The position numbers were made by a program, and so were the translations under genes. DNA of 55,161 bases. It comes from Thermoplasmata archaeon (GTDB taxonomy: Archaea; Thermoplasmatota; Thermoplasmata; Lutacidiplasmatales; UBA184). A model generated the notes under the pieces. It worked only from the letters and a program-made list of their open reading frames with translations. It was not told the DNA's origin and ran no database searches. The stretch spans positions 1 to 55,161 of the forward strand of contig JAJYWS010000005.1 of NCBI GenBank assembly GCA_021791335.1, written 5' to 3'. Every line of letters begins with the position of its first letter. The first letter of the stretch is position 1. Positions 17,403-25,425 of the stretch are shown one piece after another.

Positions 17403-18359
17403 ATGGTCGACGCGGTCGGGCTCAAGGAACGGCTCGAGGAGGTCCGGACGGCGGTGCATACCGCCGTGGTCGGACGGGAGGCGATCGTCGACCAGGTGCT
17501 GCTCGGGTTGCTCTCCGACGGGCACCTCCTGCTCGAGGACCTTCCGGGTCTCGGCAAGACCCTCATCGCCCGGTCGTTTGCCGGGGCGCTCGGCCTCGAG
17601 TTCCAGCGGATCCAGTTCACGGCCGACCTCCTCCCCCACGATCTCACCGGCGGCGAGGTGATGGACCCCCAGAAGGGGGGGTTCACCTTCCGGCCCGGCC
17701 CGCTGTTCACGCAGCTCCTGCTCGCCGACGAGATCAACCGGGCGCCCCCGAAGGTCCAGTCGGCGCTCCTCGAGGCGATGCAGGAGTACCAGATCACGAG
17801 CGAGCGGGAGAGCCGCCCGCTCGCCCGCCCGTTCCTGGTCCTCGCGACCGAGAATCCGCTCGAACTCGAAGGGACCTATCCGCTCCCGGAGGCCCAGGTC
17901 GACCGGTTCCTCCTCCGGCTGAGGGTCGGCTATCCGACGGCCGAGGAGGAACGGGCGATCCTCGCCCGCCGACGGGCCCGTCGGCAGGATACCTGGGAGG
18001 TCGGCCCGGTCCTCGGCCCCGGCGAGTTCCGGCGGCTCCAGGGGGCGGTGGAGGAGGTCGAGCTCGACGCGTCGGTGGAAGGCTACATCGTCGATCTGGT
18101 CCGGGCGACCCGGCAGGATCCGAGGGCCGAGGTCGGCGCCTCACCCCGGGGTTCGCTCGCGCTCCAGAAGGTGGCCCGGGCCCGGGCCCTGCTCGAGGGG
18201 CGCGGCTTCGTGCTGCCGGACGATGTGAAACGGCTCGCCGGCCCGGCGCTGGCCCACCGGATCGTCGTCAAGGCCGAACCGTGGATCCGCGGGATCCGGG
18301 CCGAGGCGATCGTCGACCAGTGCCTCGCCCAGACCCCGGTGCCGAAGGCCCGGAGCTGA
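17403..18359 (+). CDS. moxR: MoxR-family AAA+ ATPase
   Basis: GHLLLEDLPGLGKT, RIQFTADLLPHDLTG, LLADEINRAPPKVQSALLEAMQE, ATENPLELEGTYPLPEAQVDRF and GASPRG. Confidence 0.95.
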   Translation: MVDAVGLKERLEEVRTAVHTAVVGREAIVDQVLLGLLSDGHLLLEDLPGLGKTLIARSFAGALGLEFQRIQFTADLLPHDLTGGEVMDPQKGGFTFRPGPLFTQLLLADEINRAPPKVQSALLEAMQEYQITSERESRPLARPFLVLATENPLELEGTYPLPEAQVDRFLLRLRVGYPTAEEERAILARRRARRQDTWEVGPVLGPGEFRRLQGAVEEVELDASVEGYIVDLVRATRQDPRAEVGASPRGSLALQKVARARALLEGRGFVLPDDVKRLAGPALAHRIVVKAEPWIRGIRAEAIVDQCLAQTPVPKARS

Positions 18360-18432
18360 GGGGCCGGGGCCGCCCGGCCGGACCGTTGGGCCGCCCGAAG
18401 CGTTTAGAGCGAAGGGGGGCTCGACCCTGCAT

Positions 18433-19383
18433 ATGACCGCCCTCCCCTCGATCGTCATCGCCGATCCGATCGACCCCGCCGCCGTCGAGCTGCTCCGGCA
18501 GGGGCCCTGCCGCGTCGTCGACGCCTCGGCCGGACCCGACGCGCTCGCCGATGCGCTGTCGGAGGCCTGGGGCCTCGTCGTCCGCAGCCGGACCAAGGTG
18601 ACCGCCGATTTGATCGCCCGGGCCCCGAAGCTCTCGATCATCGCCCGGGCGGGGGTCGGGGTCGACAACGTCGATCTTCCGGCGGCCGGGGCCCGGGGGA
18701 TCCGCGTCGTCAACGCGCCCGGGGCGGCGACCCAGAGCGTGGTCGAACTTTCGGTCGCGCTCTACATTCTGCTCATCCGCGGCCTCCAGGGCTCGATCGA
18801 CTCGACCCGGGGCGGCCGGTGGGACCGCTCGACCCACGGACGGGAGCTTGCGGGCAAGACGGTGGGCTTCGTGGGGTACGGGCGGATCGCCCGGGCGGTC
18901 GCGGCCGCGCTGGTCCCCTTCCGCATCGTCCCCCGGGCCTACGACCCGCTGCTGTCGAAGGCCCCCGATTCGACAACGCTGATGGGGCTCGACGAGGTGC
19001 TTTCGGGCAGCGACATCGTGAGCGTCCACGCCGCCCTGACGCCGGAGAACCGTCATCTCATCGATGCCGCCGCGATCGCGAAGATGCGCCGGGGCAGCTA
19101 CCTGGTCAACGTCGCCCGCGGCGCGCTGGTCGACGAGACCGCGCTGCTCCACGCCCTCGACTCCGGCCACCTGGGCGGCGCCGCCCTGGACGTCTTCGAG
19201 ACCGAGCCGCCCTCCCGGACCGAGCTGCTCCGGCACCCCCGCTTCATCCCCACCCCGCACATCGGCGCGGCGACCGTCGAGGGGCAGGCGCGGGCCGGCC
19301 GGGATGTGGTCGATGAGCTTTTGCGGGCGCTCCGCGGTGAGCCGCTGATGTCGCAGGTGCCTACGCCGGGAGCCCGCCCATGA
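18433..19383 (+). CDS. serA: D-3-phosphoglycerate dehydrogenase-like D-2-hydroxyacid dehydrogenase (no ACT domain)
   Basis: VVRSRTKVT, ARAGVGVDNVD, GFVGYGRIA, VNVARG, ALDVFETEP and TPHIGAAT. Confidence 0.85.
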   Translation: MTALPSIVIADPIDPAAVELLRQGPCRVVDASAGPDALADALSEAWGLVVRSRTKVTADLIARAPKLSIIARAGVGVDNVDLPAAGARGIRVVNAPGAATQSVVELSVALYILLIRGLQGSIDSTRGGRWDRSTHGRELAGKTVGFVGYGRIARAVAAALVPFRIVPRAYDPLLSKAPDSTTLMGLDEVLSGSDIVSVHAALTPENRHLIDAAAIAKMRRGSYLVNVARGALVDETALLHALDSGHLGGAALDVFETEPPSRTELLRHPRFIPTPHIGAATVEGQARAGRDVVDELLRALRGEPLMSQVPTPGARP

Positions 19384-20516
19384 CGTTCGACCCCGAGACC
19401 GCGACCTTTCTCATCGCCGGTCCGGTCCGGATCCATCCCCGGATCCTCCGGGTCATGTCGATGCCGTCCCTCAACCACCGGGGCGACTATTTCCACGGGG
19501 TGGTCCAGGAGATCAAGGAGCTTTTGCCCGTGCTCTTCGGGACCCGGGGCGCCCAGGTGGTCCTCACCGGCAGCGGGACCGCCGGCCTCGAGGCGATGTA
19601 TTCGAGCCTCGTCCCGCGCCAGGGCCGGGTGCTGGTCCTCTCCAACGGGAACTTCGGGGAGCGGACCCAGGAGATCGTCCGGCGGTTCGCCGCCGAGGTG
19701 ACGGTCGTCTCCGCGCCGTGGGGCCAGCGCTGGTCGGTCGACGCCGCCCGGGCCGAGCTCGAGAAGGGGGATGTCGTCGCCGTCTGCGCCGTCCACAACG
19801 AGACCAGCGCCGGGGTCGCGAACGACCTGGGCGCCCTGGCCCCCGCGGTCCGGCGCTCCGGCGCGCTCTTCCTGGTCGACGGGATCAGCTCGCTCGCCGG
19901 CCTTCCGCTGCCGATCGAGGCGTGGGGGATCGACGCGGTCGTCGCCGGGAGCCAGAAGGGGCTCGGCGCTCCGGCGGGCCTCTCGATGGTCCACCTCTCG
20001 GAGCGGGCGGTCGCCGCCCTGCACCCCGGATCGTACTACCTCGACCTGGGCGCCCACCTGAAGTCGCTGCGGGACAACGACACCCCGTGGACTCCGGCGG
20101 TGCCGCTCTTCCTCGCCTTGCGGGAGGCCCTGCAGTTGCTCCGGGAAGAGGGTCTCGAGGCCCGACTCGAACGGACCCACCGGCTGGCCGAAGCGAGCCG
20201 GGCGGCCGCCGAGGCGCTGGGGCTCAAGCTCCTGCCCTCACCGGCCCAGGCCTCCGACACCGTCACCGCGCTCCACAACCCCGAGGGATTCACCGACGCG
20301 ACCTTCCGCAAGCTCCTCGAGCGGGAGTACAACGTGCTCCTCCAGGGCGGGCAGGGCAGCCTCAAGGGCAAGATCTTCCGGATCGGCCACATGGGCTTCG
20401 CCGACTGGCCGGACCTGCTCGTCACCTTTGCGGCGATGGAGCGGATCCTGACCAAGGCCGGCCGGGCGCCGGCCCGGGGATCGGCGCTGTCGGCGATCGT
20501 CGACCGGATGCCCTGA
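19380..20516 (+). CDS. Class V PLP aminotransferase (serine-pyruvate / archaeal phosphoserine aminotransferase-like)
   Basis: AGPV, GSGTAGLEA, HNETSAGV, VDGISS, GSQKGLGAPAG, TPWTP and FRIGHMG; coupled to serA. Confidence 0.9.
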   Translation: MTFDPETATFLIAGPVRIHPRILRVMSMPSLNHRGDYFHGVVQEIKELLPVLFGTRGAQVVLTGSGTAGLEAMYSSLVPRQGRVLVLSNGNFGERTQEIVRRFAAEVTVVSAPWGQRWSVDAARAELEKGDVVAVCAVHNETSAGVANDLGALAPAVRRSGALFLVDGISSLAGLPLPIEAWGIDAVVAGSQKGLGAPAGLSMVHLSERAVAALHPGSYYLDLGAHLKSLRDNDTPWTPAVPLFLALREALQLLREEGLEARLERTHRLAEASRAAAEALGLKLLPSPAQASDTVTALHNPEGFTDATFRKLLEREYNVLLQGGQGSLKGKIFRIGHMGFADWPDLLVTFAAMERILTKAGRAPARGSALSAIVDRMP

Positions 20517-20531
20517 GCCGGTCGATCGCCC

Positions 20532-20975
20532 TCAGATATCGACGATCACCCGGGCGCGTCCGCGCGCGGGGTCGAATTCGAGCCGGTGGAAGGTGATCGC
20601 CTTCACCTCCACCTTGGCCGGGTGCCGGGCCGGGTCGAACGGTTCCCCGAAGAGCCGGGCGTCGACCGACGGGGGCGGTCCCGGGGCGAAGGTGAGCTCG
20701 ATCCGGCGGGCGAGGAACCCCTCGACCTGCTGGCAAACCAGGAGCTCGCCGAGGAATCCGACCACGAGCCCGGGCAGGTCGGCCGCCTCGGCCCGGACGC
20801 ATCGCTCCTCCCGGTCCCGGACCGTCCGCCGGTCGGTGATGAGCGCGTAGAGGCCGAGCCCGAGCCCCTCGAGCAGCACCTCCGGGCGCCGTCCCCGGGC
20901 CCAGATCCCCACATCGGCGGTCGTCGGGAACTGGCCGTAGCGCCGTCGACGTAGCGGTCGAGCGCCGGGCGGCAT
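20532..20975 (-). CDS. Archease (RtcB cofactor)
   Basis: TADVGIWARG, GEPFDPARH and EVKAITFHRL...RVIVDI. The usual H of HTAD appears as T. Confidence 0.9.
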   Translation of the reverse strand: MPPGARPLRRRRYGQFPTTADVGIWARGRRPEVLLEGLGLGLYALITDRRTVRDREERCVRAEAADLPGLVVGFLGELLVCQQVEGFLARRIELTFAPGPPPSVDARLFGEPFDPARHPAKVEVKAITFHRLEFDPARGRARVIVDI

Positions 20976-20994
20976 GCCGGTCCAGGCCGACGGA

Positions 20995-21002
20995 GCTTAA
21001 GG
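20995..21002. promoter_or_regulatory. Shared bidirectional TATA (CTTAAG) between archease and the GT2 gene
   Basis: Palindromic CTTAAG at 20996-21001 lies ~21 nt from ATG20975 (minus) and ~27 nt from ATG21028 (plus). Confidence 0.5.
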
Positions 21003-21027
21003 AGAAGTGGGAGCTTCCAACCCACTC

Positions 21028-21816
21028 ATGCGGGCGACCCTCGTCGTGCCGACGCTCAACGAGGCCGAGTCGATCGGCCCCGTCCTGCGAAGCTTCCGCA
21101 CGGCCGCCGTCGAGGCGAACCGGGGGATCTGGGCCTCCGACCCGATCGACTGGGAGATCCTGGTCGTCGACGGGGCGTCGACCGACGGGACCGGCGACCG
21201 TGCCCGGGCCGAGGGGGCCCGGGTGATCGTCGAGCGCCAAAAGGGGTATGGCCGGGCCTACCAGACCGGCTTTGCCGCCGCCCGCGGCGACTACATCGCC
21301 ACGTCGGACGGGGACGCCACCTACCCGGTCGAGACGATTCCGGCCCTCCTGCGCCGGCTGGTCGACGAGCGGTACGACTTCCTCAGCGGCAACCGGCTCG
21401 CCTACCTCGACCGGCGGGCGATGACGACCGAGCACCGGATCGGGAACCGGATGCTGAACCTCTTTCTCCACGTCGCCTACCACCACTACCTGGCCGCGGC
21501 CGAGGGCGGCCGGCTCGAGGACAGCCAGAGCGGCTTCTGGATCTTCCGGCGGTCGATCCTCGAGCAGATCCACCCCCGGGAGGACGGCATGGCGTTCAGC
21601 GAGGAGCTCAAGATCGAGGTCCTGCTCCAAGGGCTCCGGTTCGTCGAGGTGCCGATCCGCTACGGCGAGCGCTGGGGCCGGCCGAAGCTCTCGAGCTGGC
21701 GGGACGGCTTCGGCAACATGCTCTTCCTCTACCGCAAGCGGATCGCCATCGCCCAGGCCGAGCGGGAGCGCCGGCTCGCCCATGCGGCCGACACCGGCCG
21801 GACCCGGCCGGGATAG
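21028..21816 (+). CDS. GT2 glycosyltransferase, dolichol-phosphate hexosyltransferase-like
   Basis: VVPTLNEAESI, VVDGASTDGT, KGYGRA, SDGDATYP, DSQSGF, EVPIRYGER and KLSSWRDG. Confidence 0.9.
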   Translation: MRATLVVPTLNEAESIGPVLRSFRTAAVEANRGIWASDPIDWEILVVDGASTDGTGDRARAEGARVIVERQKGYGRAYQTGFAAARGDYIATSDGDATYPVETIPALLRRLVDERYDFLSGNRLAYLDRRAMTTEHRIGNRMLNLFLHVAYHHYLAAAEGGRLEDSQSGFWIFRRSILEQIHPREDGMAFSEELKIEVLLQGLRFVEVPIRYGERWGRPKLSSWRDGFGNMLFLYRKRIAIAQAERERRLAHAADTGRTRPG

Positions 21817-21926
21817 TCCCCGCGGTCGGCGCCGACGCCGGAGGGCCGATCCCGGTCGGGGACGCCCCGACCTGTCCCGAACGCAACGGCTATGCGCCCC
21901 CCCGGCGTTCTTCCGGTCGGAGGGCC

Positions 21927-24422
21927 GTGCAGGTCACCCGACTCACCCTCGTCTGCGTAGGGGTCTTGGTGCTGGTGCTCGCCGCCCTGCCGCTCCCGGC
22001 CCCCGGCCCGATCACGTCGGGGGGGCTTGCGGTCCCGGCCCCGGGGAGGGCCCCCTCGGTCCCGACCGGATCGGGTTGGTCCCCGGCCAGCCATCGGCCG
22101 TCGCCGGGGATCGGCCCCTACCACCTCACGACCCGGCCCCGGCAGGGCTCCTCCTGTGCGCTGACCAGCGGCCCGGGGTGGCTCGCCTACGATTCGGCCG
22201 ACCAGTCCCTCTGGGTGGCCACCCCGCCGGACTGCGTGGACATCATCTCGAACGGTCTCTCCAACGTGAGCCAGGTGGCCGTAGGTTCCGACCCGTTCGG
22301 TGTCGCCGTCGACGCGGCGGCCCATGAGGTCTTCGTCACCAACACCGGCTCCGACAACGTCACGGTCCTGAACGACACCTCGCAAGCCACCGTGGCCTCC
22401 ATCCCCGTCGGGTCGAGCCCGCTCGGGATCGCCTACGACAATGCCACCGACCAACTCTATGTGGCCGACTCCGGAGCCTCCGAACTCTCGGTCATCTCGG
22501 TGGCGAAGCTCGGGGTGGTGGCCAACATCTCGGTGGGCCTCGATCCCACCGGCGTGGCCGTCGATCCCGGCACGGGCCGGGTCTTCGTGGCGAACAACGG
22601 CTCGGGCAACGTGAGCGTGATCAACGCCACCTCCCACGCGGTGGTCGCCTCGCTCCCCGCGGGCACCGGACCGGTCGGCGTGGCCATCGCCGAACCTTCG
22701 GGGCTCGCCTTCGTCTCCAACTTTGGCTCGAGCAACGTCACGGTCATCAACGCCACCCCCGCGCGCGTGGTCGCCACGATTCCGATCGTCGGTCCCGGGA
22801 TCCAACCCCAGGGCATGGCCTTCGACCCCGGCTCGGATCAGGTGTGGATCGGGGCGGGCTACTTCTATGCGGTCGTGCTCAACGTCACGTCCCTGAGCGT
22901 CGGGGGGTATGTGGCCACCGACCCGTCGGGGGTGGCGTATGATTCCACCAACGGGGAGGTCTGCGGGACCAACACCGGGAACATGAGCCTCTTCTGCGTG
23001 ACCTCCGCGACGTCGCCGTCGACCCTCCAGTTCACCGCAACCGGCCTGCCCGCCGGAACCCCCTGGACCGTGACCCTGGCGAACGGATCGGCCCGGTCCA
23101 ACGCCTCCCAGATCGACTTCGGGGTGGTGCCCGGGCTGTTCGGCTACGGTTCGGTCTCGACCTCCTTCGAGGTGACGACCCCCGGTCCCTACTTCGCGAC
23201 GCCGGCCGGCGGGACCGTATCGATCTCGCCGCAGCAGTCGTCGGTCGAGGTCAATGTGACCTTCAGCTCGACCGCCGGGTACTATCCGGTCACGTTCACG
23301 GAGTCGGGCCTTCCGGGGGGGACGGATTGGGGCGTGACGCTCAACGGCTCGGTCCAGCACACGCCCACCGCAAGCCTGAGCTTCTACGAGCGGAATGCGA
23401 CGGGGCTGGCCTTCCAGGTGCTCGCTCCCCCCGGCGACCGGGCCGCCCCCTCCCGCGGTGCGGTGACCGTGGATGGCGGACCGGTCGCGGTCTCGATCAA
23501 CTTCTCGCTCCCGACCTACCCCCTCGAGTTCCGCGCCGGCGGCTTCCCGTCGAACTCGACCTCCTGGTATGTCTGGGTCAACAACGATCTCGTCTCCTTC
23601 GAGGGCCCCGTCGGGGAGCTCTTCGTCCCGAACGGAACCTACAACTTCTCGGTGCTGAGGGCGGGGCCGTATGTGCCGGATCCGAGCTCCGGTACGGTGG
23701 GGGTATCGGGAGGGGGCGTCGTCGTGCCCATCGAATTTGCGCTCGCGGGGCCCCCGGAGTATCCGGTCACCTTCGTCGAGTCCGGCCTCCCCAATTCGAC
23801 CCTTTGGGGCATCGAGCTCGGGACGGGGCTCTTCACGACCCTCCAGGGGTCGCTCCAGATCGCCTTGGCCAACGGCACCGACTCCTATACGGTCGTGCCG
23901 ATCCTGAACTTCACCTCCTCGCCCACCCAGGGCACCCTGACGGTCGACGGCGGACCAAAGTCCCTGGCGGTCCGCTTCACCCCGACCCCGTCCGCGGCCC
24001 TCAGCGTGGCGATCCAGCAGATGCCGGTCTCCACGAGCTGCCTCGCCGGCGAGTGGGTCTGGAGTTTCGCCCTATCCGCCCAGGCGTCCGGGGGGGCGGC
24101 TCCGTACGAATTCAACTGGTCCCTCCCGACCGGAACCGCCGATGGGCCGCTCGCCGTGACCACCCTTGAGGCCGGCGCCTCCACGGCTCCGGGGTCCGCC
24201 CTGCCCTCGGCGACCGTCCGGGTCACGGTGGTGGATGCGAACGGGCACTCGACCATGGATCAGGTGCTCGTCGCCGCCGGGGCCCCGCCGATCTGCCCCT
24301 CGACGTCGTCGATTTCGGGGGGCACTCCGGTCTGGGTCTGGACCGCGATGGTCGCCGCGGTGGGCGTGGCCCTCGGCACCAGTCTTGCGGCGGTCTGGAT
24401 CGCCCGGCGACGGAGTCGGTGA
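21927..24422 (+). CDS. Membrane-anchored surface glycoprotein: YVTN/YncE beta-propeller, thermopsin-like C-terminal repeats and PKD-like domain
   Basis: N-terminal hydrophobic signal; repeats VGS.P.GVAVD...VFVTN.GS.NV.VI; repeats YPVTF.ESGLP.GT.W.V; GGAAPYEFNW; C-terminal TM followed by RRRSR; 25 N-x-S/T sequons counted. Confidence 0.85.
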   Translation: MQVTRLTLVCVGVLVLVLAALPLPAPGPITSGGLAVPAPGRAPSVPTGSGWSPASHRPSPGIGPYHLTTRPRQGSSCALTSGPGWLAYDSADQSLWVATPPDCVDIISNGLSNVSQVAVGSDPFGVAVDAAAHEVFVTNTGSDNVTVLNDTSQATVASIPVGSSPLGIAYDNATDQLYVADSGASELSVISVAKLGVVANISVGLDPTGVAVDPGTGRVFVANNGSGNVSVINATSHAVVASLPAGTGPVGVAIAEPSGLAFVSNFGSSNVTVINATPARVVATIPIVGPGIQPQGMAFDPGSDQVWIGAGYFYAVVLNVTSLSVGGYVATDPSGVAYDSTNGEVCGTNTGNMSLFCVTSATSPSTLQFTATGLPAGTPWTVTLANGSARSNASQIDFGVVPGLFGYGSVSTSFEVTTPGPYFATPAGGTVSISPQQSSVEVNVTFSSTAGYYPVTFTESGLPGGTDWGVTLNGSVQHTPTASLSFYERNATGLAFQVLAPPGDRAAPSRGAVTVDGGPVAVSINFSLPTYPLEFRAGGFPSNSTSWYVWVNNDLVSFEGPVGELFVPNGTYNFSVLRAGPYVPDPSSGTVGVSGGGVVVPIEFALAGPPEYPVTFVESGLPNSTLWGIELGTGLFTTLQGSLQIALANGTDSYTVVPILNFTSSPTQGTLTVDGGPKSLAVRFTPTPSAALSVAIQQMPVSTSCLAGEWVWSFALSAQASGGAAPYEFNWSLPTGTADGPLAVTTLEAGASTAPGSALPSATVRVTVVDANGHSTMDQVLVAAGAPPICPSTSSISGGTPVWVWTAMVAAVGVALGTSLAAVWIARRRSR

Positions 24423-24561
24423 GACCCGGACCGCCGGCCCATCCCCTCGGAAGGGCCGATCGCCCGCGGTCGCATCGGGGATCGGGCCTAAGCGGTCCGC
24501 TCCGGTATTCCCCCGGGGGGTCGAGGAGAGGGCGACCTTCGTCCGGAAGGGTGCCGGATCT

Positions 24562-24714
24562 CTACTGGGTCTTGCCGGAGCGTTCCTTCGACTTGACCCG
24601 GAGGCCGTGGTAGCCGCACTTGCGGCACTGCACCGCCCTCGGCGAGTTGCGGGCCGAGCAGTTCATGCAGATCTTCTTGTTGAGCAGCCGCTCAACGGCC
24701 TCGGGAAACGGCAT
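24562..24714 (-). CDS. rpl40e: 50S ribosomal protein L40e (missing from the ORF track)
   Basis: Manual translation [56 protein letters not shown] on minus at 24743-24748. Confidence 0.95.
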   Translation of the reverse strand: MPFPEAVERLLNKKICMNCSARNSPRAVQCRKCGYHGLRVKSKERSGKTQ

Positions 24715-24804
24715 GGACGCGCGGCGTGCGACTTCGGCCCCCTATAAAGCGTGTTCCCGCCCGGCCGGAGAAGCCGCTTTGCGCTCGCGCGGCCTCAGCG
24801 GCCC

Positions 24805-25425
24805 ATGCCCGACCCCGATGCCCTTGGCCCGGAGGCGGTCCACCGGGCCCGGGAGGCGATCCGGGAGGCGCTCGGGTTCACCCGGGGCCGCCCGCTCGAC
24901 CGGGGCCTGCCGGCGACCTGGCAGGAGCCCCGGGGGGTGTTCGTCACCCTGCGGCGCTACCCGTCGGCCGAGCTGCGGGGCTGCATCGGGTTCCCCCGCC
25001 CCACGCGGCCGCTGATCGAGGCCCTTAGGGAGGCGGCCGTCGCCGCGGCGCTCGACGATCCCCGGTTCCCCCCGATCCGTCCCCACGAACTCGGCCGGCT
25101 GACCGTCGAGGTGTCGATCCTGACCGTTCCGGAACCGATCACCGGCCCCACGCCCGAGGCGCGGCTCGCCCAGGTCCGGGTGGGCGTGGACGGCCTCATC
25201 CTCGAGCGGGAGCACCGGTCGGGCCTGCTCCTTCCCCAGGTGGCCGTCGAGCAGCGCTGGAGCCCGGAGGCGTTCCTCAGGGGCGTCTCGGAGAAGGCGG
25301 GATTCGCCCCCACCGCCTGGGCCGACCCCGAAACGAGGCTCTACCGATTCCAGGCGCAGGTCGCCTCCGAGCGCTCCCCCGAAGGGGAGGTCACGGTCGC
25401 CGCTCGGGCGCCGGCCCGACCTTGA
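24805..25425 (+). CDS. AMMECR1-domain protein (TIGR00296-like)
   Basis: RGVFVTL, ELRGCIG, AALDDPRFPP, VEVSILT, GLLLPQVAVE and KAG. Confidence 0.9.
   Translation: MPDPDALGPEAVHRAREAIREALGFTRGRPLDRGLPATWQEPRGVFVTLRRYPSAELRGCIGFPRPTRPLIEALREAAVAAALDDPRFPPIRPHELGRLTVEVSILTVPEPITGPTPEARLAQVRVGVDGLILEREHRSGLLLPQVAVEQRWSPEAFLRGVSEKAGFAPTAWADPETRLYRFQAQVASERSPEGEVTVAARAPARP

Noticed and set aside
22180..23990. Repetitive DNA within the YVTN gene as a possible CRISPR or tandem array
   Set aside because: The repeats are degenerate protein-level repeats in frame, not identical nucleotide repeats with spacers.
21818..24472. Short repeats (AGGGCCGATC, CCCGCGGTCG) on both sides of the surface-protein gene, suggesting an inserted island
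   Set aside because: They are short, GC-rich and in inconsistent order, with no integrase or tRNA. The compositional shift is explained by Ser/Thr/Asn-rich coding.
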